A stretch of DNA of 64,000 nt from Patescibacteria group bacterium (GTDB taxonomy: Bacteria > Patescibacteriota > Minisyncoccia > Phycocordibacterales > DATDWN01). The stretch is taken from contig JAZKJH010000002.1 in assembly GCA_040384485.1 (NCBI GenBank), positions 150,235 to 214,234 on the forward strand. Direction: 5' to 3'. The notes below the pieces were generated by a model, which saw only the letters and a program-made list of their open reading frames with translations, ran no database searches and was not told the origin of the DNA. The position numbers were made by a program, and so were the translations under genes. Shown here in pieces: positions 55,661 through 64,000 of this stretch (positions are counted from its first letter, which is position 1; the number at the start of each line of letters is the position of its first letter).

Positions 55661-56116
55661 TTACTCTACCTTGAGAAGTTCTACTTCAAAAATTAGTGTC
55701 GATCCCCCTGGTATAGGTCCATAGTCATTCATCCCATATCCCAACTCTGGTGGCACTGAAAGCAGTCTTCTGCCTCCAACTCGCATACCCTCTATACCCT
55801 TATCCCAACCTTCTATCACCTGCCCTACTCCTAACACAAACTGAAATGGTTCTTTTCTGTTAACTGAACTATCAAAAACAGTTCCATCTACAAAACGTCC
55901 TGTGTAATGAACAACAACTCTTTTACCTGCTACTGCTAGATCACCTGTTCCAGGTGCTGTCTCTTCTATTAAAACTTCTGGTGTATTATCTGACACTTGA
56001 TTTGTATTATCGTTATTAATTAAAGAAAGAAAATATTGACCGAATAGAAAGAAAAATCCAACAACAAAGACCGCGACAACAACTGCTATCCATTCTTTTG
56101 TATCTAATGTTTTCAT
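55661..56116 (-). CDS. FKBP-type peptidyl-prolyl cis-trans isomerase, membrane-anchored
   Basis: Start MKTLDTKEW; TM; FKBP_C motifs VVVHYTGRFVDGTVFDSS...FVLGVGQVIEGWDKG. Confidence 0.8.
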   Translation of the reverse strand: MKTLDTKEWIAVVVAVFVVGFFFLFGQYFLSLINNDNTNQVSDNTPEVLIEETAPGTGDLAVAGKRVVVHYTGRFVDGTVFDSSVNRKEPFQFVLGVGQVIEGWDKGIEGMRVGGRRLLSVPPELGYGMNDYGPIPGGSTLIFEVELLKVE

Positions 56117-56152
56117 GAACAATATTATATCCCAGTGTGCTATAATTTCAAA

Positions 56153-57178
56153 ATGAACAACAAACAATCTCGAGGATCAGGAAAAAAATCATACGGACAT
56201 CAGTCACTTCGTGCTAATGCGCGACGTATCCCGCAAATTACAAAAGCGAATGCAACGAGCATGGAGAGAAACAACCGAACTAAGCCGAGCAGTAGCCGTG
56301 ATGGCTATAACCGAACAAAGTCGAGCAGTGGCCCTCGTGGCTACAACCGCGCTAGCCCCGAGAGTAGACCTGGTATTTTTAATCCCGCTAAGCCTGAGGG
56401 TGGAATAGGTAGTGCACGAAGCAAACCTAAATCTAACAGAAAAAGAAAAGCTGCTTTGCCAGTAGTGAACAATGACACCTACCCTATGCGAGTAAACAAA
56501 TACCTGGCACATAGAGGTATCGCTACTCGAACTGGAGCAGATGAGCTGATAAAAAGCAGTAAAGTTCTAATAAACGGAATTCTTGCAAAACTAGGTGACA
56601 AAGTCACAGAAAAGGACAAAGTAGAAGTCCGCGGGGTTCACCAAAAGAAAAATTATATCTATCTAGCTTACAACAAGCCGAGAGGTATCGTGAGTACTAA
56701 CCCTCAAAGAGACGAAAAAGGAATTCTGGAAAACATCAAGACTAAGACAAAAGTATTCCCTGTTGGTAGACTCGACAAAGATTCCCATGGTTTAATTATC
56801 CTAACCAACGACGGAAGAATAACTGATAGGCTCCTGAACCCCGCCAACGAGCACGAAAAGGAATACATAGTAGAGGTAGACCGAAAGTTCACTCCTGCGT
56901 TTCAAAAACACATGGAAGAGGGAGTTGATATTGGCGACCCAGAACCAACTAAACCTGCTCAGTTTAAAAAACTAAAAGAAGACAGATTTAAAATAATTTT
57001 AAAAGAGGGGCGCAACAGACAAATCCGTAGAATGACTGAGAAGCTCGGATATACAGTCAGAGATCTACAGAGAGTCCGTGTCCAAAACATTGAACTAGGT
57101 AAGATTCCCCAGAACTCTTATGTGGAAATAACTGGTGAAGACAGAACACAATTTCTTAAAAGCCTCAACTTGGAGTAA
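56153..57178 (+). CDS. pseudouridine synthase, RluB/RsuA family, with S4 domain and R/S/G-rich N-terminal extension
   Basis: Start MNNKQSRG; S4 domain MRVNKYLAHRGIATR; catalytic PVGRLDKDSHGLIILTNDG. Confidence 0.85.
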   Translation: MNNKQSRGSGKKSYGHQSLRANARRIPQITKANATSMERNNRTKPSSSRDGYNRTKSSSGPRGYNRASPESRPGIFNPAKPEGGIGSARSKPKSNRKRKAALPVVNNDTYPMRVNKYLAHRGIATRTGADELIKSSKVLINGILAKLGDKVTEKDKVEVRGVHQKKNYIYLAYNKPRGIVSTNPQRDEKGILENIKTKTKVFPVGRLDKDSHGLIILTNDGRITDRLLNPANEHEKEYIVEVDRKFTPAFQKHMEEGVDIGDPEPTKPAQFKKLKEDRFKIILKEGRNRQIRRMTEKLGYTVRDLQRVRVQNIELGKIPQNSYVEITGEDRTQFLKSLNLE

Positions 57179-57205
57179 ACCTCGAAACCTAATATAATAG
57201 AAAGC

Positions 57206-57973
57206 ATGACAGACCAAAATAAAGATTTTATCGAGGGAGATAAACCAACAGAAGAAAAACAGATAATCAATGTAGCACTCAAGGATGCCCCAGTGCGAAC
57301 CATAACCAAAAAGGAGCTCCATGAGACAGCTGTAGAAAGAACTCATCACATAACCCGAGAATTTACTGACAGCTTCAACTTTCTAAAAAAATTCCCCAAA
57401 TCAGTTAGTTTTTTTGGAGGAGAAAGAATAAATGAAGATGATCCTTACTATGAAAAGACGCGTTCACTCGCAAACCTCATCGTAAAAAGACTTAATTACG
57501 CTGTAGTTACTGGAGGAGGAAGAGGAATAATGGAAGCTGCCAACATGGGAGCGGCTCAAGCTGGAGGAAAATCTATTGGACTAACAATCGAGCTTCCAAA
57601 CCATTTGATTCAAAATGCGTTCATAAACGCCAACCTAAACTTCCATTACTTTTTTAGTAGAAAAGTGGCACTAGCTTTTGCAGCCGAAGCTTACATCTTT
57701 CTACCAGGAGGATTTGGAACCTTCGATGAATTCTTTGAAATCCTAACCCTAGTTCAAACCAAAAAGATAGAAGCTGTTCCTATTATCCTAGTTGGAGGAG
57801 AGTTCTGGAGAAGTTTTGATGAGGTGATAAAAAAAGAAATGCTTACTCGAGGGACAATAGATGAGCATGAGACAAGTTTGTATACAATAACAGATGACGA
57901 GGAAGAAATAATACAAATAATACAGAACGCTCCCGTTCGAAACGGCATCGACCTATCCACTCATACAGACTAG
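57206..57973 (+). CDS. LOG-family protein (cytokinin riboside 5'-monophosphate phosphoribohydrolase-like)
   Basis: 255 aa; motifs VTGGGRGIMEAANMGA and PGGFGTFDE. Confidence 0.8.
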   Translation: MTDQNKDFIEGDKPTEEKQIINVALKDAPVRTITKKELHETAVERTHHITREFTDSFNFLKKFPKSVSFFGGERINEDDPYYEKTRSLANLIVKRLNYAVVTGGGRGIMEAANMGAAQAGGKSIGLTIELPNHLIQNAFINANLNFHYFFSRKVALAFAAEAYIFLPGGFGTFDEFFEILTLVQTKKIEAVPIILVGGEFWRSFDEVIKKEMLTRGTIDEHETSLYTITDDEEEIIQIIQNAPVRNGIDLSTHTD

Positions 57974-58009
57974 ATATAAAACAAAACCGGGAATATTCCC
58001 GGTTTTGTT

Positions 58010-58213
58010 TTATATCTTCTTTTTAATCTCTACGAATTCGTTCTCGATCTCTTTAAGTCGTTCTTTTGAATTTTTTATTATCTCTGCCCCTTCCTTTACC
58101 AACTCCAAACCCTTTTCCACATCAAGTTCACTCTCATTCTCAAACCACGAAACTATCTGGTTTAGTCTTTTCAATCCCTCATTCAAGCTACCTTTTTGTG
58201 TTGTCTTTTTCAT
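58010..58213 (-). CDS. xseB: exodeoxyribonuclease VII small subunit
   Basis: 67 aa helical hairpin protein directly after xseA. Confidence 0.75.
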   Translation of the reverse strand: MKKTTQKGSLNEGLKRLNQIVSWFENESELDVEKGLELVKEGAEIIKNSKERLKEIENEFVEIKKKI

Positions 58214-58223
58214 AATGTATATT

Positions 58224-59498
58224 TTATTTTACTGTTCCTTTGATTATACCGTCAGAAACTGTTACTTCCAAACTATCCCCTTTGTCGACATCCTTCACAC
58301 TCCTTAGAACCTTATTGCCGACCTTAACAATACTATATCCTCTTTTTAGTTGTCTCTCGGGGCTCAATTGAGTTATTGATCTACTGTGTTGACTGAGCTT
58401 CTCTTCAGCACGCGAGACTAACCCAGCAAATCCTTTTTCCAAATCACGCTTACTTCTCTCAACTCCTTTTAAAACTTCGGCCAATACAAAATCTATTTTG
58501 GAAATTCCCCTCGCCATAGCTTCGTCACTTTTACGGAATGTTTCAAAAATGGAATTAAAACTTTCTTGAATCTCAACTTTTGCATTCTCAACTAAAAACT
58601 GTTTGTCACGCAAAACTCTACTGAACTCAGAAAAAATTCTTTCTTCCGCAAAATTAACCGTCCCCAAAGCCTCTGCCCAGCTTTTGTTTAATATATTTGC
58701 AACAGCAGTAGGAGTCGAAACATTTTTGTCAGACACCATGGAAACAAGTGGAGCATCCTTGTCGTGCCCTATTCCGGTAATAACTGGCACGGGGAAATCC
58801 GCGACTGCTCTCACCAACATCTCATTATTAAAAGCCTGAAAGGACTCGAGTGAACCCCCTCCGCGCATAATAACGAGAACATCTATATCTACTTTTTTCA
58901 AAGTATTTACTGCTAATAGCAAGTCCTTTATTGCATCTAAGCCTTCTACCTTAGAATCGACAAACTGAACTTCATAACCAAACTTCCCAATGTTTGAAAG
59001 AAAGTCATGAATCACCGCGCCACTTTTAGAGGTTATCACTCCTATTTTGTTCGGATATTCTGGAAGTTTCCTTTTTCTATCTATACTAAACAATCCTTCG
59101 TCACTAAGTTTCTTTTTAAGTTTCTCATATGCCATTTGTAAGGCTCCTTCTCCAACCATCTCTATATGCTCTACCTGGAGAGACAAACTACCGTTAGGTT
59201 TATATATCGCAGGATAGGCAGTCAGTATAACTTCTACTCCTTCTAGTAAGGTTACTCCGGAAATTTTGTAGTCATTCTTCCACATAAAGCACTTTATGGT
59301 ACTACCATCTTCCTTATCTTTCACCGAGTAATACATATATGAACGACCTGGATATTCTTGTATACCTGAAATCTCTCCTAGAATACGAGTTCTGGCGGCT
59401 TTTAGTCCGGCATTTACTGTATCAAGATATTTACTGACTGTTAGTATCTCCTGTGACAACATTTTTTCTTTGTTTATATTTTCTATACAAGTACTCAC
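58224..59498 (-). CDS. xseA: exodeoxyribonuclease VII large subunit
   Basis: 424 aa; N-terminal OB fold and ExoVII_L catalytic region. Confidence 0.85.
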   Translation of the reverse strand: MSTCIENINKEKMLSQEILTVSKYLDTVNAGLKAARTRILGEISGIQEYPGRSYMYYSVKDKEDGSTIKCFMWKNDYKISGVTLLEGVEVILTAYPAIYKPNGSLSLQVEHIEMVGEGALQMAYEKLKKKLSDEGLFSIDRKRKLPEYPNKIGVITSKSGAVIHDFLSNIGKFGYEVQFVDSKVEGLDAIKDLLLAVNTLKKVDIDVLVIMRGGGSLESFQAFNNEMLVRAVADFPVPVITGIGHDKDAPLVSMVSDKNVSTPTAVANILNKSWAEALGTVNFAEERIFSEFSRVLRDKQFLVENAKVEIQESFNSIFETFRKSDEAMARGISKIDFVLAEVLKGVERSKRDLEKGFAGLVSRAEEKLSQHSRSITQLSPERQLKRGYSIVKVGNKVLRSVKDVDKGDSLEVTVSDGIIKGTVK

Positions 59499-60063
59499 CT
59501 ACCGCAGGAATAATAGAAACCAAAACGACTCCGATCATAATAGGCATAAGTAGACTGTCAGGGTTTGGAATAACACCTCCAAGATAATATCCTAGAAGTG
59601 GCAAGCTCAATGCCCATACCAAACCTCCCCAAACTGTATAATGCAAAAACTTTCTGTAGTTCATCTCAGCAGCTCCTGCAAAAGTTGGACCAAAAGAACG
59701 AACAACTGTCACAAACCTTCCAAACAAAATCATTTTCCCTCCGTATTTATTATAAAAATTTTCTGTGTAATCTATGTGTCGCTTTTTGAACCAATACTTG
59801 TCGTTGCTCGCAATAATAAAATCTCTCATTCGTTTCCCGAAAATATAACTAACGATATAACTACCTACTCCAGCCAAAAAGAAAGTGAGTATTAGTAAAG
59901 GTATACTAAAGTATCCTTGAGATGCCAAAACTCCAGAAAGAAACAACATACTGTCACCTGGCAATATAAAAGTAGGAGGCAAAGATTCCAAGAAAACTAT
60001 CACAAATAGGGCTATGTAAGCAAAGTACCCAAAATAATCAATTATCTGTACCAAATATTCCAT
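59431..60063 (-). CDS. DedA-family membrane protein
   Basis: Start MEYLVQIIDYFGY (210 aa); the ORF-track version is extended upstream; DedA motifs FGRFVTVVRSFGPTFAG. Confidence 0.7.
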   Translation of the reverse strand: MEYLVQIIDYFGYFAYIALFVIVFLESLPPTFILPGDSMLFLSGVLASQGYFSIPLLILTFFLAGVGSYIVSYIFGKRMRDFIIASNDKYWFKKRHIDYTENFYNKYGGKMILFGRFVTVVRSFGPTFAGAAEMNYRKFLHYTVWGGLVWALSLPLLGYYLGGVIPNPDSLLMPIMIGVVLVSIIPAVGEYLYRKYKQRKNVVTGDTNSQ

Positions 60064-60114
60064 CCAGATATTGTAGCACAGGGTTTTTGGATATGAAAAA
60101 GAATTGAAAATTAT

Positions 60115-60142
60115 TTGACATAAAGATAAATTAATGTATAGT
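60115..60142 (+). promoter_or_regulatory. near-consensus sigma70 promoter (TTGACA-16-TATAGT)
   Basis: TTGACAtaaagataaattaatgTATAGT about 60 nt upstream of the ATG at 60206. Confidence 0.4.
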
Positions 60143-60205
60143 TTTCCCAGGACACCATACAGGTGTACAGGTGCTAGCGTACCTACTTCCAATGGAGAAA
60201 ACGCG

Positions 60206-60646
60206 ATGGCAAAGAAAGTAACGCTCTTTATCGACATTTCACTCAAGGCCCAGCTGAAAAGGAGGGAGGAGGAAATGGAGCCCTCTCCCGGTTTTTCCTC
60301 AGCAATGTCCATGTACTCCGCATTCATCAACCTCTCCATGAATCCATTCTGTGTGGGTTCCCTGGCTGAGATTGATGACAGTTTGCTTGGAAAGTTCTTG
60401 GACAAGAAGGGTAACACTTCGGATGAAGTGTTCAAGGTCTCTTCAAGAGTAGAAGCGAGCATGCGATACTTGCGGGCCAACGACCTTCCGATCGTGAGAT
60501 TGGAAGTGCAGTGCTTTGCAAAGTTCAGCAAGAAATCGCTTGCCGTCTACGCCTTTGATTTCGATGAAGACAACGGAAGAAACGTCGACATCAGAGGATT
60601 CGTCGATGAAGAAGAGTTTAAGGAACTCTTCATGGCTTCACTGTAG
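60206..60646 (+). CDS. hypothetical protein (146 aa, high GC)
   Basis: Start MAKKVTLFIDISLKAQLKRREEE (GGAGA RBS); the ORF-track start at 60134 lies inside the 5' UTR; no domain recognised. Confidence 0.5.
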   Translation: MAKKVTLFIDISLKAQLKRREEEMEPSPGFSSAMSMYSAFINLSMNPFCVGSLAEIDDSLLGKFLDKKGNTSDEVFKVSSRVEASMRYLRANDLPIVRLEVQCFAKFSKKSLAVYAFDFDEDNGRNVDIRGFVDEEEFKELFMASL

Positions 60647-60653
60647 GCGACCC

Positions 60654-60692
60654 GGGCTACCACACATTGATTTGTGCGGTAGCCCTTTTTTT
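60654..60692 (+). terminator. intrinsic terminator
   Basis: gggctaccacacattgatttgtgcggtagccc ttttttt. Confidence 0.6.
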
Positions 60693-60733
60693 ATACATAA
60701 ATAAAAACCCCGTCGAAACGGAGTTTTTATTTA

Positions 60734-62020
60734 TTAGTCTAAGAATGTCAGAGCCTTTCCTTTTCTTCCTGCTCTTCCTGTTCGTCCTATTCGGTGAACA
60801 TAGTCTTCGTATGTAGCTGGCAAGTCAAAGTTGATAACGTGAGAAACTCCACTGATATCCAAGCCTCTAGCCGCAACGTCTGTTGCTACTAGTATTTGAG
60901 CTCTATCCTCTTTAAAGTTCTTAAGAGATCTTTGTCTTGCAGACTGATTTTTGTCGCCGTGAATAGACTCAGCCTTAAATCCCCTGTCTCTCAAAACTGT
61001 TGTTAATTTCTCAACACCATGTTTTGTTCTACCGAAAATAAGGACTTTCCCAAAGTCTGGTTGAATAAGCATGCTGTGTAGTACATCAAGTTTATTTTCA
61101 CCTCTAGCAACTCGCACCACGTCTTGGTCAACGTTTTTAGAAGTATCTTGAGTCTTTACAGAAATCATAACAGGTTCGTTTAGGAACTCTTTTATTAGTC
61201 CGTTTACTTCTGGAGACGTGGTCGCTGAGAAAAACAGAGTGTGTCTGTTTTTCGGCATTTCCTTCATCATAAAGCGCATATCGTTTACAAACCCCATGTC
61301 TAGCATTCGGTCTGCTTCGTCCAATACAATAGTTTTAAAGTGTTTGAGTTCAAGAACTTTTTTCTCCATAAGATCTTTTAGTCTTCCAGGTGTTCCGATA
61401 ACGAATTCATTTCTATATCGTAGTGCTCTTATCTGCGGACCTATTGGAGCTCCTCCCACGCACACAACTGAATATATTTTCATTTTATCTAAAAAGCCTT
61501 TCAACTCTTCTTCGATTTGTATCGCAAGTTCTCGAGTTGGAACAACAACCAAAATATTTTCATTTGGTTGAGTAATAACTTTGTTTATAAGAGGTATTAG
61601 AAAGGCCGCAGTTTTACCTGTTCCTGTGTTTGCAATACCAACTAGATCCATTCCTTTTAGAATATGTGGAATAGCCTTGTCTTGAATAGGTGTTGGAGTT
61701 GTATAACCTTTCTTCAGAATGTTTGCTTTCAAACTTTCGTCTATCAAAAAATCTGTAAAGTTATGATCTGGAACAAAGTGCACTACTTCTTCAGTAATAA
61801 CAGCTTTGCTTACAAACAAACTTGGGTTGATGTGTTTACTGTGGCCACCTCCACCTCGTCCTCCTCCACGAGAAAATCTACCTCCACCTCCGCTGGATGG
61901 CCTAACACTTGGTCTTCTTCTGTCAGCGTAACCTCCTCTAGCAGGAGTGCTTGATTTGCCTGCAAATGCAGGTCTTTTGAAAGTTCTGGTTCCAGAACTT
62001 CTTGGTGTATTTCTTTCCAT
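60734..62020 (-). CDS. DEAD-box ATP-dependent RNA helicase with RGG-rich N-terminal tail
   Basis: 428 aa; Q-motif, GTGKTAAF, VLDEADRMLDMGF (DEAD), SAT, HRIGRTGRAG. Confidence 0.9.
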   Translation of the reverse strand: MERNTPRSSGTRTFKRPAFAGKSSTPARGGYADRRRPSVRPSSGGGGRFSRGGGRGGGGHSKHINPSLFVSKAVITEEVVHFVPDHNFTDFLIDESLKANILKKGYTTPTPIQDKAIPHILKGMDLVGIANTGTGKTAAFLIPLINKVITQPNENILVVVPTRELAIQIEEELKGFLDKMKIYSVVCVGGAPIGPQIRALRYRNEFVIGTPGRLKDLMEKKVLELKHFKTIVLDEADRMLDMGFVNDMRFMMKEMPKNRHTLFFSATTSPEVNGLIKEFLNEPVMISVKTQDTSKNVDQDVVRVARGENKLDVLHSMLIQPDFGKVLIFGRTKHGVEKLTTVLRDRGFKAESIHGDKNQSARQRSLKNFKEDRAQILVATDVAARGLDISGVSHVINFDLPATYEDYVHRIGRTGRAGRKGKALTFLD

Positions 62021-62308
62021 TTGAATTTAAAATTGAGGTGTTTAAGGAACTTGTACTAATTTACAAAATTCAGATCTCGTAAGTTCAAAATGGTGCAATG
62101 CATCCAACAATTAGAGAATTTATCTCTTAAAGAAACTAGTGAGAATTACTCAATGCAATAACTATATATTATCAGCCATTTTTTGTCAACGTAAAACTTG
62201 ACATATGTCGTATAAAATGCTATCATTATACCCAGATTTTGTGTGCGCGGCTGGTCCAAGAGGACTAGGTGTATACAAACAGAACGTTTGACAGAAAGGC
62301 AACAAAGC

Positions 62309-63532
62309 ATGAAAAAATGGTTTGTTCTCGTCGCTTTGCTTTTGTTTGTGGGGTTCGCTCCTCAGATGGAAGCGCAGTCATTGCAAGAAACGCACCCGCG
62401 TCCTCTTGAGCAGTACACCGTTCAGCAAGGAGACACTCTGTGGAGTCTTGCTGGTGAACACTTGAACTCACCCTTGGGGTGGGAACAGTTGTATCAGTCG
62501 AATCCATTCCTCCGGGAACCAGGGCGACGGTGGATCACAGAAGACGGCAAGGTTGTCGTACTTTTGAAACCGGGCGAAGTCCTCAATGGGCTCAATGTGC
62601 TCGGATTCAGAGAAACACCTCGTCCAGACCTTCTTTCAACACTGAAAGGTGAAACAAAGATAGTCGAGATGCTTCCAGAGTGGGCCTGGATTCTATTTGT
62701 AGCGCTGGTTCTGCTAATCATCTTATTAGTGATGCTGGCAAACTGGCAGTACAATCGATACCATAAAACTCGGGATCGCCTTCGTGACGACATCAGCTCA
62801 TTGGAAGCAATGACTGCTGACAGAGACGAGGCACTGCGCTTATATGCAGATCCTGTGAACTCTGGACCGCCGATGGTTCCTGGAGGAGTAAACCTCGAGA
62901 CTGCTCCGCAACACTTCCAAAACATGGGAGTTCGCGAATGGGCATCTGCAACAGGAGGACGGATTGTTGAGCCGGATCGTATCCAGATTCTCAGCATCAT
63001 TCCTGGTCACGCATGGGGCCGACTCTCAGTCCGATACCGCAATGGTACGCTGCCTGAGGAACGGGTATTGACTGGTCAGCGGGTCTTCCGTGGTCAGGTA
63101 CGCATGCCTGATGGTACGGAGGAAACTCTGTACATGTTGCAGGGTTGCGGAAACGACGTTCGCTTTTCGGGAAACAGAAATGTTCCTGGAGCCGACTTCC
63201 GTTTCGTTCCCGACAGCGAGCAGGTTCCGGCACCCCGTGTTGAAACCCCGGCTCCGCCGACACCTGTTGCAACCGCAACGGTGGCGACAAGCAACCGAAA
63301 TGAGACTGGAACAGTTCCAGTCACACCTCTGGTTGATCGAGTTGAACAGCTTGGACACGAGGTCAAGCAGATGCTCGAGACCGAAATCAACACGGACCTC
63401 AGGTTTGTGTTCAAGCGTCGAAGGACTGACGGACGTCCGATGCTGATCGAGGTGAATGGCATCGACACGAACGAAACTGAATTCACGGTCAACGTGACCG
63501 AATCTTCAGTCTCTCTTCGATACATGAACTAA
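62309..63532 (+). CDS. LysM-domain membrane protein with signal peptide (high GC)
   Basis: Start MKKWFVLVALLLFVGFAPQMEA (signal peptide); LysM YTVQQGDTLWSLAGEHL; central TM; about 250-aa C-terminal domain of unknown function. Confidence 0.6.
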   Translation: MKKWFVLVALLLFVGFAPQMEAQSLQETHPRPLEQYTVQQGDTLWSLAGEHLNSPLGWEQLYQSNPFLREPGRRWITEDGKVVVLLKPGEVLNGLNVLGFRETPRPDLLSTLKGETKIVEMLPEWAWILFVALVLLIILLVMLANWQYNRYHKTRDRLRDDISSLEAMTADRDEALRLYADPVNSGPPMVPGGVNLETAPQHFQNMGVREWASATGGRIVEPDRIQILSIIPGHAWGRLSVRYRNGTLPEERVLTGQRVFRGQVRMPDGTEETLYMLQGCGNDVRFSGNRNVPGADFRFVPDSEQVPAPRVETPAPPTPVATATVATSNRNETGTVPVTPLVDRVEQLGHEVKQMLETEINTDLRFVFKRRRTDGRPMLIEVNGIDTNETEFTVNVTESSVSLRYMN

Positions 63533-63552
63533 CACTCCCTCGGGAGTACACA

Positions 63553-63587
63553 CTGGTTAGGGCTCACGCGCTCTAACCAGTTTTTTT
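63553..63587 (+). terminator. intrinsic terminator
   Basis: ctggttagggctcacgcgctctaaccag ttttttt. Confidence 0.6.
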
Positions 63588-63600
63588 AATACAAAAATAT

Positions 63601-64000
63601 TTAGAATTTTTTCCGCCAAGATCTATCCAAACTCAAAGTTGTAGCTTGCGTATTTGCTACCATAAGTAATATCGCCATAAGTAACATAATAGGATTTGCG
63701 CTCACTGTTCCAGCAAAAAGGAAATTGTAATTCATAAAAGCACCGAAGAAGGATGCAAGGTAGGTAAACAAACCGAAAATAAGTCCTAGTCCTACAAATA
63801 TTTCTCCGAACGTTATCAGGTATGACCAAATTTCAATATAAGGAACGACTGCATTCTCAAGAAACCAGGCGTACCACATAGAAACATCAGGGTGCTCACC
63901 TCCAGTTTTCGCCAGAGCTCCTTTAACAAAACCTGTCATAGCAGCTCCAGCGTTATCTCCTACCCAAGCAGTGTTTGTAACTTTTTCATATCCAGCATGC
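63601..64000 (-). CDS. DoxX-family membrane protein, partial (N-terminus beyond window end)
   Basis: The reading frame stays open upstream of the M at 63939 to the window edge; TM pattern typical of DoxX. Confidence 0.55.
   Translation of the reverse strand, partial: HAGYEKVTNTAWVGDNAGAAMTGFVKGALAKTGGEHPDVSMWYAWFLENAVVPYIEIWSYLITFGEIFVGLGLIFGLFTYLASFFGAFMNYNFLFAGTVSANPIMLLMAILLMVANTQATTLSLDRSWRKKF

Noticed and set aside
59431-60531. 366-aa ORF-track call for the dedA locus
   Set aside because: The upstream 150 codons overlap the promoter/5' region of the divergent plus-strand gene and lack TM or DedA features. A start at MEYLVQII (60063) gives a canonical 210-aa DedA.
1-64000. CRISPR arrays, rRNA genes, transposases or integrases, group II introns, retron RT
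   Set aside because: No regularly spaced direct repeats, no rRNA-like conserved stretches, and no RT, transposase or integrase motifs were seen on either strand.

Overview
This 64-kb window comes from a low-GC, reduced-genome bacterium. The backbone is about 35-42% GC by eye and the gene content looks CPR/Patescibacteria-like: the alaS and uvrC homologs are truncated, and the secY-adk-map block that normally sits next to infA is absent. Almost all backbone genes lie on the minus strand and are housekeeping. They include a ribosomal/rpoA cluster (rpsI-rplM-rplQ-rpoA-rpsD-rpsK-rpsM-rpmJ-infA, the last but one being a 38-aa gene absent from the ORF track), alaS, a family-4 UDG, an HD hydrolase, mnmA, two mltG paralogs, leuS, an SPFH protein, ychF, ddl, cls, uvrC-like, uvrA, uvrB, tgt, an FKBP isomerase, an rluB-like pseudouridine synthase, a LOG-family gene, xseA/xseB, dedA, a DEAD-box helicase, and two tRNA-Ala genes. 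What stands out is that at least a dozen short islets of roughly 48-55% GC (by eye) are embedded in this backbone. Each islet is bounded by strong intrinsic terminators and by consensus or near-consensus sigma70 promoters (one partial), and each encodes hypothetical or unusual proteins. The most system-like is a modular cluster at 46.3-48.2 kb: three paralogous 2-TM mini-proteins, a highly acidic protein and two further small proteins, arranged as duplicated promoter-gene pair-terminator modules. The others are a HicB/UPF0150-like mini-protein plus a 2-TM peptide (22.1-22.6 kb), a translationally coupled coiled-coil pair upstream of an ABC transporter whose binding protein is fused to an OmpA domain (24.7-30.9 kb), a Cys-rich divergent pair (36.4-36.9 kb), an Adk-like kinase, a LysM protein, and a GC-rich non-coding element upstream of tgt (55.1-55.6 kb). 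No CRISPR array, transposase, integrase or rRNA is visible. The GC estimates are by eye and were not computed. All functional calls rest on motif recognition by eye; no database searches were run.
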